Source of the DNA: Gammaproteobacteria bacterium
Lineage (GTDB): Bacteria; Pseudomonadota; Gammaproteobacteria; JAJFKG01
Assembly (NCBI GenBank): GCA_965116795.1
Contig: OZ220716.1
Span: forward strand, 394,503-458,502
Direction of reading: 5' to 3'
Length of the DNA stretch: 64,000 bases
In this document: positions 1 through 9,305 of the stretch, piece by piece
Layout of the letters: the number at the start of each line of letters is the position of its first letter
Position numbering within the stretch: the stretch's first letter is position 1
Translations under genes and position numbers: made by a program
The notes under the pieces: generated by a model
What the model was told of the DNA's origin: nothing
Database searches by the model: none
The model's input: the letters and a program-made list of their open reading frames with translations, nothing else

Positions 1-209
1 CTTAGCGGCTAAGTATGGTGCTAAATAACGGTATTGCGCCGGACAATTATTATGTAAAAATAAAATTCGCATGATGTTCTAAATCAACTTAATCTGGTGA
101 TTCAAGGATAACTACTCCAGTATAGCTAAGTGTTCTCTAGACATTATCAAAATGATATATTTCGCACTGTTGCTAACATTATGCTTGGCAGCAACAATCT
201 GGAAGAAAA

Positions 210-1223
210 ATGCTCAATAATCAAAAGCTACAACAATTGATTACCTTACTAGCAGATGGTGAATATCATTCTGGGGTAGCCTTGGGTCAACGCTTATCCG
301 TTACCCGCAGTGCTATTTGGAAAATGATCAATACCCAATTTCCCGCCTTAGGGATCAATGTTGAACGTCATCAACACTATGGTTATCGTATCCCAGGTGG
401 CATCGAGTTTCTTACTCAAGACAAGATAACAGCAGCGATGCATGATAAACAACGTGCAGCGTGTCCACCGATTGAAATACACATGACAATTGATTCAACC
501 AATACTTATTTGCTGCAACGCATTAAACAACAGCCCGCAACAGCACACATTTGTTTAGCTGAACAACAAACACAAGGTCATGGACGTCGTGGTAGGCAAT
601 GGCACACTGGTTTTGCACGTAACATTGCACTGTCATGCTTATGGCATTTTCCTCAAGGTGCACAGGCATTAACTGGATTAAGTCTAGTGGTTGGCTTAAT
701 TGTTATTGATGCGCTACAACGTCTTGGTATACAACAGCTTCAGTTAAAATGGCCCAACGATATCATGTGGCAACAACGCAAATTAGCCGGTATTGGTATT
801 GAAAGTAGTATTGATAATTTAGGGGTATGCTACGCTGTAATCGGCATCGGTTTAAACATGCAATTACCCAATCTCAAACAACTGACAATAACTTCTTTAC
901 CACACGATAGTGCAACACATTGGGTCGATCTGCACACGGTATTAGGCAAATCCTGTAGCCGCAATCAGGTTGCTGGTAGCATAATCGATGAATTGTTAAT
1001 TCAATTACCTCGCTTTCAACGATGTGGCTTAGTTGGTTTTAAAGCAGCGTGGGCCAAGCATGATATGTTGTATCAACAATCGGTTGATGTGCACACATTA
1101 CATGACACCATATCCGGCACAATGTGTGGCATTGATGACAATGGTGGTTTAATTTTACAAACGAGTACAGGTAAACAACATTTTCATATGGGTGAAATCA
1201 GTGTGCGCAAAAAATGTGCTTAA
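210..1223 (+). CDS. birA: Bifunctional biotin repressor / biotin-[acetyl-CoA carboxylase] ligase
   Basis: N-terminal HTH (SGxxLGxxLxVTRSAIWK); DSTN, AEQQTxGHGRRGR, LKWPND and KLAGI motifs. Confidence 0.95.
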   Translation: MLNNQKLQQLITLLADGEYHSGVALGQRLSVTRSAIWKMINTQFPALGINVERHQHYGYRIPGGIEFLTQDKITAAMHDKQRAACPPIEIHMTIDSTNTYLLQRIKQQPATAHICLAEQQTQGHGRRGRQWHTGFARNIALSCLWHFPQGAQALTGLSLVVGLIVIDALQRLGIQQLQLKWPNDIMWQQRKLAGIGIESSIDNLGVCYAVIGIGLNMQLPNLKQLTITSLPHDSATHWVDLHTVLGKSCSRNQVAGSIIDELLIQLPRFQRCGLVGFKAAWAKHDMLYQQSVDVHTLHDTISGTMCGIDDNGGLILQTSTGKQHFHMGEISVRKKCA

Positions 1224-1234
1224 ATGTTAGGCAA

Positions 1235-1270
1235 TTGCGTACAATATCAAGATTGACTAGAATGGCCGCC
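1235..1270 (+). promoter_or_regulatory. Sigma70 stable-RNA promoter for tRNA-Thr
   Basis: TTGCGT (1235-1240), 17 bp spacer, TAGAAT (1258-1263), then GC-rich discriminator GGCCGCC. Confidence 0.65.
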
Positions 1271-1328
1271 TTGTTACTAAGCTGGTTTTTAATAAACATT
1301 TAGCTAGTGCATATTCATTAACTTCATT

Positions 1329-1404
1329 GCTGGCGTAGCTCAGTTGGTAGAGCAGCTGATTTGTAATCAGCCGGTCGTAGGTTCGAATCCTATCGCCAGC
1401 TCCA
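1329..1404 (+). tRNA. tRNA-Thr(TGT), integration site of the island
   Basis: 76-nt cloverleaf; anticodon arm GCTGA-TTTGTAA-TCAGC; GTTCGAATC T-loop; encoded CCA. Confidence 0.97.
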
Positions 1405-1407
1405 GCA
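1356..1407 (+). repeat. attL core (52 bp)
   Basis: CTGATTTGTAATCAGCCGGTCGTAGGTTCGAATCCTATCGCCAGCTCCAGCA, identical to 13349-13400. Confidence 0.95.
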
Positions 1408-1408
1408 G

Positions 1409-1468
1409 AATCAATTAGTTAGGTTTCATTCTAATTATCAAGTTTTTTCGGTGCTACGCGGGTGCTAC
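1409..1468 (+). promoter_or_regulatory. Putative IHF site and integrase arm-type sites (left end)
   Basis: AATCAATTAGTTA fits WATCAAnnnnTTR (1409-1421); GGTGCTAC at 1450 and 1461 (11-bp period), same motif at the right end. Confidence 0.65.
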
Positions 1469-1709
1469 AGATTTTACTTAGTGCCTTCTCTACATTTGCA
1501 AAATTGTATATTAGAGAGAAGATAGTATGTCAAAGTAATTGTAGTATTAATCAATTGAGGCGCCACTCAAATGCTGGTACAGTTGCGAGGCACACACGGT
1601 ACGCATGCACCGAAACAATACTTATATACACTTAACTAATGTAAATCTGGGTAACTAGGCAAAAAACTCTTATTCTCTTATTGAAGAACCTGTTGGCCAC
1701 TTACTCTAA

Positions 1710-2747
1710 TTGCTTATAAGAGAGCGAGTTATGTTCGATGTTGATTTAGTTAGAGAATTCAAAAAAGCTCTAGGGAAAGAAAAAATTGCTGTTTTAAATT
1801 TAGACTATATATCGAATGAAATTGAAAATTGGTGGAGTAGTTTCAATCAAGATAAGTATAATTTGCGATTAGCGAAGTTTCCGTTGGCAAATTTAATTAT
1901 CAGCAAAATTAGACCTGAGCATGCTATTTATTTGAATACAGTCGGATTAAATAATGTTGCAGGTGTAACAATCAATAATTTATTTAAAACTGACTCAGAA
2001 AAACTTGCTTATGTTGTGCATGAAACTATGTCTGAACTATTTGGATTAAGTGATATTAAATATCCTTATGAAGAACACAAAAAAATTTATTTAAAAGCAG
2101 ATGGAATAAATTACCAAGATTGGGGGAATGGCTTCGGCAAGATCAGTCCGCATTCAGATGATTTGTATGAAGAATTGGATACAGAATTACTATCACTAAC
2201 GGTTTGTCGAGATAAAACTAATACTAGTACAAGTCTATATCTTTACAAAGATATATTTTCTGAGTTTTCCGACCTAGAAATTAGTCAACTTTTTAATATC
2301 ACTGCAAAATTTATTTCTGGAAAAAATGTATCTGCATATAAGTATAGAGAGAGGAAAGTTATAGAATATCAGAAAAAAATTGGGTTTAACATTTTTTTTG
2401 ATTTTAGAGTTGATACAGAGATTGGCTGTAGAATGCTCCCAACTTGTTCTATAGGTTTGCAACTTTTGAAAAAAGCGAAAGAAACTATTCATAATTGTCA
2501 TAATCAAGAAACTCTTTCACAAACTGGAACATTTACTATAATCTCTAATCTCAAAGCATTACATGCTAGAGAAGAAATGCATATTAACAAAAAGATAGCT
2601 TTAGAAATAGCAAATATTAACAATTATGCTATTTCTCCTAGGCTGTTATTTCGAAGTAAAGGGCAGAGTACTATATTGAGATCGCAAAATCCAAATAAAA
2701 AATCATATGGAGACAAAGAGACATATAAGGAGGTCGAATTATTATGA
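1710..2747 (+). CDS. Fe(II)/2-oxoglutarate-dependent oxygenase, TauD/clavaminate synthase-like (probable start ATG 1731)
   Basis: HxD motif ISPHSDD; distal SNLKALHAR (cf. DNxxxxHxR) and RLLFR motifs. Confidence 0.7.
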   Translation: MLIRERVMFDVDLVREFKKALGKEKIAVLNLDYISNEIENWWSSFNQDKYNLRLAKFPLANLIISKIRPEHAIYLNTVGLNNVAGVTINNLFKTDSEKLAYVVHETMSELFGLSDIKYPYEEHKKIYLKADGINYQDWGNGFGKISPHSDDLYEELDTELLSLTVCRDKTNTSTSLYLYKDIFSEFSDLEISQLFNITAKFISGKNVSAYKYRERKVIEYQKKIGFNIFFDFRVDTEIGCRMLPTCSIGLQLLKKAKETIHNCHNQETLSQTGTFTIISNLKALHAREEMHINKKIALEIANINNYAISPRLLFRSKGQSTILRSQNPNKKSYGDKETYKEVELL

Positions 2748-4024
2748 AGAATCTAGTTATTATATTTGGGTACAATAATACTAGAATATACGACATCGTG
2801 CGACTCAAAATGTTATGTAAAACTACATTTTCAGCAGAAATAATGTTATGTAAAAATGATATCAATGAACATGACAAAAAAATTACTCCGTATACACTAG
2901 AAATCGATTTGACTATGAATGATATTGAATCAATTCGTAGGCAAATTCAGATAATAGATGACTATATCTACTTTCATAAAGTAATTGTAATTGGTTGTTT
3001 GCCTTTTTCAGATAAAGGCATACCTCTAGGCAGTTATTATGCTAGACATAAAGGATTGAGACATGATGATTGTGAAAGATCAATTGCTTGTATTGATAAG
3101 TATGCATTTCGCTGTATTGAAAAGGAAGTATCTACACCTAAATGGTATAAAAAGCCATTTTTTAAAAAAATTCACTCCGTTGGAGAGGCAAAACAATGTA
3201 TACAAGACACCAATTTTCCGCTATTTTTTAAGCCAATTGCTGAAGGTAACAGTCGAGGCTGTATAGAAATATCTTCTTTGCACATATTAGAAGAAAATCT
3301 AGATATTATTACCCCTTATCTAGAGCAGGGAATTCTTGTTGAGGAATGTATTAAGAATCATAATGAATACAGTTTTGATGGCATTAATGGAAGTTACATT
3401 ATTACAGAGAAAAAAACATCCGATGGTTATTTTCGTGTTGAAACACAACATATTTTACCTGCACCGTTACCACATCATTTATACCAAAGACTCATCACTG
3501 CAGGAAAAATTATATCCAGCATGATTGGATCAAATGGCGGAGCTGTTCATCACGAAATGTTTTTAAATCCAATAACCGGTAGCGTATATTGTGTGGAGCC
3601 TAATCGTAGACCGGCTGGCTTAAAGCTTTGGGATTGGATCCACATAGCAAATTCCAATAGAGACAATAACTGGATAGCTTGGTTAAATTGGGCAATTAAA
3701 AAAACTGACAATTTAAAGGCTGAAAAATATAATTACTATGTTGGATGTAGAATGTTAACTTCTCGACAAACTGGAGCTGTTCATTCAATTAATGCAAAAC
3801 TTAAATCTAAAATTCAACAGATTAATAACTTGTGCGATCTTCAGTTAACTAAGAGTATAGGAGAAATTGTTACAGATACCCCAAAAGAAAATGGCGATTT
3901 TATTGGTTACTTTGTTTGCAAGGATCTCTCCTATGATGGTCTAATTGAAAAACTAAATGAAATTGAAAAACTATCAGAAAAAATTTATATAATAGCTGCT
4001 GTAGATCATTATGCGGACATTTAA
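2744..4024 (+). CDS. ATP-grasp amide ligase, L-amino-acid ligase-like
   Basis: DKYAFR, FFKPIAEGNSRG, LVEECI, EYSFDG, ITEK, HHEMFL, VEPNRRPAG; ATGA overlap with the upstream gene. Confidence 0.85.
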   Translation: MKNLVIIFGYNNTRIYDIVRLKMLCKTTFSAEIMLCKNDINEHDKKITPYTLEIDLTMNDIESIRRQIQIIDDYIYFHKVIVIGCLPFSDKGIPLGSYYARHKGLRHDDCERSIACIDKYAFRCIEKEVSTPKWYKKPFFKKIHSVGEAKQCIQDTNFPLFFKPIAEGNSRGCIEISSLHILEENLDIITPYLEQGILVEECIKNHNEYSFDGINGSYIITEKKTSDGYFRVETQHILPAPLPHHLYQRLITAGKIISSMIGSNGGAVHHEMFLNPITGSVYCVEPNRRPAGLKLWDWIHIANSNRDNNWIAWLNWAIKKTDNLKAEKYNYYVGCRMLTSRQTGAVHSINAKLKSKIQQINNLCDLQLTKSIGEIVTDTPKENGDFIGYFVCKDLSYDGLIEKLNEIEKLSEKIYIIAAVDHYADI

Positions 4025-5066
4025 CAAAATTGACATATATTTCTCCAGGCTTGTTTCTGCGTTATGCTTATTCTGGGTACTAGCTGAAGCAAATGTGTGG
4101 TTGGATGCTACAAATAATATCATTTTAGTATTAGGGTATAGATTATTTATTTTATTAACGCCATGCTTTTTTTTAGTTTTTCGACACAAATTAACGTTCG
4201 CCGCATTTTTTATATTAGAAGTTGGCATTGGATTGTGGGTATTTAACTTTACCTTTCTGGGAACTATTTTTTTTGCGATTGGCATATCAATAAGCGGTTA
4301 TATGCTCAAATATTACAGCTGTTTTTCAATAAAAGGTGTTACTGGAAATAAAATTGCACTAAATTTGGGTAGTATTTTATCTGGTTGTTTCATTATTCTT
4401 TCACAAAATAAATTAATCACTTTGATAGCTTGCTTTTTCATGATTCTATTTGCCAGTATTGCTTTCTTTAAGTATTTTAAACGTGAAAATATATCAAATT
4501 TTAAATCATGTAATCACTTTAAATTTAATATTGTTTTCAGCAAACAAGGGATTGCTTGGTCGATAATTGGTTTTGTAATAGGAGTAAAACTAATTGCATT
4601 AGTATCTATATTGCCTCAATTCCTGTTACAAGGAAATGATGGGAAATTACCTTGGTGGTTTGGTGGCATGATTATATTAAATAGTTTAATTGTCGTAGTT
4701 TTACAAATACCAATCATGAAGAAAGTCAGTAAATTTAATCAATGGCAGGCATTAATACCACTATTTGTCGGTATGTTTATCATTTTATTATCTCCTACGC
4801 TATATATTACAACATTTATTGGATCACTTATCTGGACTATTACTCTTTCTATTGTGGAATGTTGCATTAGTTATCTTGACAAACTCGCTCAAGATAAAAA
4901 TTGTTTATTAATCAAAGAAGCATTTGTAGGTTTAGGAAGTGCATCTACAGTATACTTTGTCAGATTTTTTCCACCACAGTTAGGTTCATTTTATATCGGG
5001 TTTATCTCGATATTGGCATTATTAGTCAGTTTAAGTATCCTACATATTTTAGAAACTAATCCATAA
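4011..5066 (+). CDS. Polytopic membrane protein, divergent MFS-like exporter
   Basis: About 10-11 hydrophobic segments; NLGxILSG and NSLIVVVLQIP motifs typical of cluster-associated MFS proteins; overlaps the ATP-grasp gene. Confidence 0.65.
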   Translation: MRTFNKIDIYFSRLVSALCLFWVLAEANVWLDATNNIILVLGYRLFILLTPCFFLVFRHKLTFAAFFILEVGIGLWVFNFTFLGTIFFAIGISISGYMLKYYSCFSIKGVTGNKIALNLGSILSGCFIILSQNKLITLIACFFMILFASIAFFKYFKRENISNFKSCNHFKFNIVFSKQGIAWSIIGFVIGVKLIALVSILPQFLLQGNDGKLPWWFGGMIILNSLIVVVLQIPIMKKVSKFNQWQALIPLFVGMFIILLSPTLYITTFIGSLIWTITLSIVECCISYLDKLAQDKNCLLIKEAFVGLGSASTVYFVRFFPPQLGSFYIGFISILALLVSLSILHILETNP

Positions 5067-5241
5067 ATTTAATTACAATTGTGTTAGTTGATAAACACAA
5101 TTAGAGCCGTTTATCAGCAAATAACTCACATTCGCAAAGTACAAAATGCAGGATAAGGTAGCCTTTTCATAAGATAAGCTATACCACGAGTTTATGTCGG
5201 CAAATAAACGTGTTTCAGCGATTCCCAGATTTACACTATCA

Positions 5242-5499
5242 TTAATCAAAAAAATTTCGAATCAACGCAGCTTGTTTTGCCAGCTCTTTGTTCAGTTGTC
5301 TTAATTCCTTACGAGTCTTTTCCCAGCCACCCCTTTTATCAGCATTGCGAGATGCTTTTTGCTTTCCTTCATCAGTTTTAGGACCGGTCGACTTATCCCA
5401 AGGTTTCCATTGGCGAATCGCCATTGACTGCTTACGCCTTCGTTCCTCACTCCAACTGTTACACACGATCAGCCACCCCCAATAGTTCGTTTTTACCAA
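5242..5499 (-). CDS. Small basic protein with STGPKTxEGK motif (HGGxSTG-domain-like)
   Basis: WKPWDKSTGPKTDEGKQKASRNA, a motif common in integrated elements. Confidence 0.65.
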   Translation of the reverse strand: MVKTNYWGWLIVCNSWSEERRRKQSMAIRQWKPWDKSTGPKTDEGKQKASRNADKRGGWEKTRKELRQLNKELAKQAALIRNFFD

Positions 5500-5975
5500 A
5501 TTTTATTTTTTTCATCAGGAGAATTTGCATTGTTTACTTGCTGGTGTCCCTGAGCAATATTAGCCTGTTTAGCAAAGACAACCGGTGGCTTCTGAACTGT
5601 CGCCAATGTTTGTAATGTACTACGACACTGATTTTGTGCCTTGAATGCTAACCTTAACCACGTTTCTTTTCTTGCTAGATTTTCTGCTATAGCAGCCCTA
5701 CGAGATAAATTCACAAAAATTGACTGCAACGCGTGGGCTTGGCTTAATAACATAGCCTCACACGAATCCATGCAACCATTGTTAAATTTATCAAGCATAT
5801 GAGAAAGGCCATTTGCTAATTCGGCTACACTCAACTCTCCAAAGCTTTCCCCATAGTCAGCTATGACCGCTGCCGCATTAATACTAGGAAGTATTGCTAA
5901 CAGCTCTGCATGTTCCTTCTTAGAAACGTCGTTTTCTTGTTCATCAGGTAAGTGTTTTTTCTCAACTTCTTTCAT
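5493..5975 (-). CDS. Conserved hypothetical protein of integrative elements
   Basis: SD AGGAGAG upstream; helical EAMLxxQAxALQ...AFKAQNQCRSTL...QANIAQGHQQVNN pattern. Confidence 0.7.
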   Translation of the reverse strand: MKEVEKKHLPDEQENDVSKKEHAELLAILPSINAAAVIADYGESFGELSVAELANGLSHMLDKFNNGCMDSCEAMLLSQAHALQSIFVNLSRRAAIAENLARKETWLRLAFKAQNQCRSTLQTLATVQKPPVVFAKQANIAQGHQQVNNANSPDEKNKIW

Positions 5976-6011
5976 ATTAAAAATCTCTCCTCAAAAAATA
6001 AATTAATCAAA

Positions 6012-6080
6012 TGCAAGTCGTGAATGTCGTGCAAGTCGTGTTAGAGGATATCAAGAACGACATTCACGACTTGCACGACA
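6012..6080. repeat. Putative replication origin (iterons) of the element
   Basis: GTCGTG x3 at 9-bp period, then inverted (C)ACGAC x3; perfect 19-bp inverted repeat 6012-6030/6057-6075; directly downstream of the primase-helicase. Confidence 0.7.
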
Positions 6081-6091
6081 TGAAATCAACT

Positions 6092-8164
6092 TCATTCTCT
6101 TCTCTCAACCAGCCAATTTACATGGCTGCCAATTTTTCCAATACTGCGACATTCAATGCCAATTTGTCTCAGTGCTGGTGCAGCACGACGTAGTGCATCG
6201 GCAAAGCCTTTAGCAGAGCGTGGCCAAGCATCTGTGTTATGGGGGCGATGCTTTTCGATATCACTAAATAATTCCTTAACTGGCATCTGCTTTTTTAGCG
6301 TAAATTGTTTTTCAAACCAGTCAATTAATGCCGTAGCTACTGGGCTAGCATCCAGTGTCCGTGCAATAGACTCTTGACGAGCATTATTAAACTGCGATAG
6401 AAATTCATCCTCAGATAATCCTGTTACTCTAGCTATTGCCATACCCAAGTAGACAAACTCAATCAAACGTGGGTGAGTGGCTACAGGCAAAGATATATCA
6501 GAAATTTTTGCTAAAGCAGAAGAAAAAATCGTTAACAATCCACCTAATATGCTACTGTGCTGCTCAGTATAGTCACACCAAAGCTTGGTAGTTTCCATTC
6601 TTGCATTAATAATTGGCATTTCAACAGAAACCGTGCGATCGATAAGATCTTGTGCCGTAATAGATACACTAATACCATTCAAAACAATCGGACGTTTTAC
6701 ATCAATAATTGTTTCATCTGCATCACTATATAGCTTTCTTTTTGCAAAACCACCCCCAGTCGACAATATACATAATGCATCTTGCATTGATGGTGATAAG
6801 TGGCTTATGTTTTCATAGCTAGCTAACCAATTGACACCTGCACTAACAAAAATGTCTTCAACTGCTTTCGGCGCAGCACGTAATTCACATGTGTTTGGAT
6901 CAATTAATTGTCTTAACATACGCTGTGTGGTGCTTTTAGCACTGCCTTGTTCACCAATCAACTCTAAAATTGGAAAAGGGGTATCAATACGTAGACATTC
7001 TGCCAGCCAAGCCATAACCAGCAATCTTACAGATTCAGGGATATTAACTAGTCGCCACAATAAATTTATATCGCCACTTTGTTGTGGTTCAGGTAATGCC
7101 CGTAAATTCTCTGGCCTTAAAAATCTAATAGGTGGATTAGAAATAATTCTCCAACCAGATGCATTAATTTCAACAACACGACTTTTACCTGATTCGCCAA
7201 GATCAAGGTAATAATTACTATCGTGCTGGCCAACACGGATAAATACTTCGTGACACTCACCTGTAAACCTTGCTAAACCTGATAAAGTGGCCAACGCCTC
7301 ACGCATAGCTTGATCACGTGGTGATTTTTTTGTCTCTTCATAAAATTTAGCCACCAACCAATCACGAAACTGTCGGCTATCAAGCCTACGTGTTTCATTG
7401 GTTTCTTTATCTTGAGCATAAACATCTTTATTAACATCATGAAACAAGACGACTCTATTTTTTACAAAAGAAACCAATTGTGAAGACTGATTTTGTTTTT
7501 CTTTTCCATTATCATCACCCTTAACTGTTTCTTGATTAGAAACTTTAATTTGTGGTAGCTGAAAAATATTAGCTTTAGCTGCATTTGGATTAAGCTTTAA
7601 CCAATCGATGACATCAGATTTTTCTGGTAAATCTAGCTTAGCAACATCAATGATACTAATAGTACAATTTAACAATTTTAAGAAATTAATAACGGACTTA
7701 GCGTAACTCTGCCCACTGGTATCATTATCTGGCCAGACAATAATACTCCTTCCCGCTAATACTGACCAATCAACTTTATCAGCCGAACTTGTTGCACCAC
7801 TCGTCGTTGCTGGTATGTCAAGCTTGACTAAGGCATCAACACAAAATTCACCTTCACAAATAAATATAGGCGCTTCTTGTGCTTGGTCTATCTGCACAAG
7901 ATTATAAAGCGGTTTTAAACCAGCAAATTTTGGTTCACTTAGTTTGTAATTCTCACCATCAAAATACATTGGCCTGATCCATTTTTCATTGGTTCGATGA
8001 TTTTTCAGGCGAATGCGCCAATACATTACGTTACCATTTTTGTCTGTATATTCATGTAATGCCTCAAATTCATAATTTTTATAGCTTTGTTTCAATACTT
8101 TTTTTGCAAATTGTATCGCAGCTTGTTTAGGTTCTAGCTTTGTATTTATCATGATGCCTCCCAT
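6092..8164 (-). CDS. Primase-helicase (Toprim domain + P-loop ATPase); probable start ATG 8152
   Basis: Toprim ICEGE...WPDND..G...DVIDW; Walker A GEQGSAKS; ENIS and GGGFAKRKLYSD helicase motifs. Confidence 0.85.
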   Translation of the reverse strand: MGGIMINTKLEPKQAAIQFAKKVLKQSYKNYEFEALHEYTDKNGNVMYWRIRLKNHRTNEKWIRPMYFDGENYKLSEPKFAGLKPLYNLVQIDQAQEAPIFICEGEFCVDALVKLDIPATTSGATSSADKVDWSVLAGRSIIVWPDNDTSGQSYAKSVINFLKLLNCTISIIDVAKLDLPEKSDVIDWLKLNPNAAKANIFQLPQIKVSNQETVKGDDNGKEKQNQSSQLVSFVKNRVVLFHDVNKDVYAQDKETNETRRLDSRQFRDWLVAKFYEETKKSPRDQAMREALATLSGLARFTGECHEVFIRVGQHDSNYYLDLGESGKSRVVEINASGWRIISNPPIRFLRPENLRALPEPQQSGDINLLWRLVNIPESVRLLVMAWLAECLRIDTPFPILELIGEQGSAKSTTQRMLRQLIDPNTCELRAAPKAVEDIFVSAGVNWLASYENISHLSPSMQDALCILSTGGGFAKRKLYSDADETIIDVKRPIVLNGISVSITAQDLIDRTVSVEMPIINARMETTKLWCDYTEQHSSILGGLLTIFSSALAKISDISLPVATHPRLIEFVYLGMAIARVTGLSEDEFLSQFNNARQESIARTLDASPVATALIDWFEKQFTLKKQMPVKELFSDIEKHRPHNTDAWPRSAKGFADALRRAAPALRQIGIECRSIGKIGSHVNWLVERRE

Positions 8165-8460
8165 GAACCTAATGCTTTAGCTACATCAACAAAATGCATT
8201 TTGTAGCGCTGCATATGAAATGCTAAAACATCACCGCCACGTGCACCACAAGCCATACAGCGAAAGCCGCCAGAATCTAGTCTTATTCTTAAACTAGGTC
8301 GAGTATCGTTGTGAAATGGGCAAATTGCAGATTTCCATTCACCCCCGCCAATGAGTTTTAAGCCTTGAGCGTGGTAATACGTACCTGGATCTGGCAATTT
8401 GTTACGGTTAAAGCTATTGTGCATAATAACCTCCCCGTAAAACTTGATCTCCAAAGCCAA
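8149..8460 (-). CDS. CHC2 zinc-finger protein (primase Zn-binding domain as a separate ORF)
   Basis: CPFHND..PSL...GGFRCMACGARGGDV; ATGA coupling to the primase. Confidence 0.85.
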   Translation of the reverse strand: MALEIKFYGEVIMHNSFNRNKLPDPGTYYHAQGLKLIGGGEWKSAICPFHNDTRPSLRIRLDSGGFRCMACGARGGDVLAFHMQRYKMHFVDVAKALGSWEAS

Positions 8461-8538
8461 TATATAGCTTAAAAGCGTAAAATTCTTGTGGGTTTATTTG
8501 TGTTTTGATAAGATTAGCTGTCTTATGAATATTAAATG

Positions 8539-8573
8539 CGATCCGAGGTATGCAGCCTCGGATCGGCCTTTTT
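8539..8573 (+). terminator. GC-rich hairpin with T-tract (terminator or regulatory stem)
   Basis: CGATCCGAGG-TATGCAG-CCTCGGATCG followed by GCCTTTTT. Confidence 0.45.
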
Positions 8574-8583
8574 GATTTCATCA

Positions 8584-8850
8584 TTACTTTTTCTCCTTTT
8601 CATATTGGCCAGGATGGAGAACATAATTAGCAACACGATGGTAACCACCACTCCCTGGATTTCTACTCTTAGACCAATGTGTTTTGATGTTATAGCCGTG
8701 CTGATGTCTTAGCTCACAGATACGGCTGCCAACTTCTAAAACATCTAATTGATGTCTAGCTTCAATCGTGGTAATTGGCTTTTTTTGTAGCCATGTCAAC
8801 AATCTTTTTCGCTGCGACTTCGCAGAACAGTCAAATTTTACTTTTCGCAT
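8584..8850 (-). CDS. Small winged-HTH DNA-binding protein
   Basis: QRKRLLTWL..ITTIEAR..LDV...SRICELR..GYNI..VANYVL, a phage-type HTH. Confidence 0.75.
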   Translation of the reverse strand: MRKVKFDCSAKSQRKRLLTWLQKKPITTIEARHQLDVLEVGSRICELRHQHGYNIKTHWSKSRNPGSGGYHRVANYVLHPGQYEKEKK

Positions 8851-9101
8851 TGATCTTTCTCTCCTGTATGGGTTCTCATTCTGTTTTTGAGAAACTGTCT
8901 AAGATCTCCTAAGCGATATCGAATTTTCCGCCCAATCTTGCAATACAGAAGGCCGTACCTGCCGGTTGTCCTCCAGATCTGCAAAGCATGTTCAGATAAG
9001 CACAGAAATTCAGCAGCCTTTGATTGATCCAGTAATGCTGAATCAGGTAATGCATCAAAATTGGGGCTACTCTCCAATTTTGCTTCTGTTTGTTTTGGCA
9101 T
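8838..9101 (-). CDS. AlpA/excisionase-like HTH protein
   Basis: LLDQSKAAEFLCLSEHALQIWRTTG...KIGRKIRYRLGDLRQFL; SD AGGAGG. Confidence 0.85.
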   Translation of the reverse strand: MPKQTEAKLESSPNFDALPDSALLDQSKAAEFLCLSEHALQIWRTTGRYGLLYCKIGRKIRYRLGDLRQFLKNRMRTHTGEKDQCEK

Positions 9102-9305
9102 AATTTTGCCTCCTAAAAAATAGATATTGAAAACTACCTTAATACTTCAAGGTGAAGCACTAAGCACCGGAGAATAGAATGGGTAATGGTTTAAATATTA
9201 CAAGCTGATATATTTTGGGAAATATTCGTAAAACTTGGAGCTATTTCAGAAAAAATAAACTATTAAAATCAATTGGTTATAAAAAATTTGACACGAGAGC
9301 TTGTC

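Noticed and set aside
1-28. 3' end of an upstream gene (LAAKYGAK*)
   Set aside because: Too short to identify or support.
2744-4024. Graspetide (RiPP) macrocyclase or housekeeping ATP-grasp (Ddl, PurD, CarB)
   Set aside because: Motif pattern and C-terminal domain look like L-amino-acid ligases; no repeat-containing graspetide precursor is seen nearby. Not formally excluded without a profile search.
6011-6193. 60-aa ORF MQVVNVVQVV...
   Set aside because: By-product of the 9-bp iterons; antisense to the primase 3' end.
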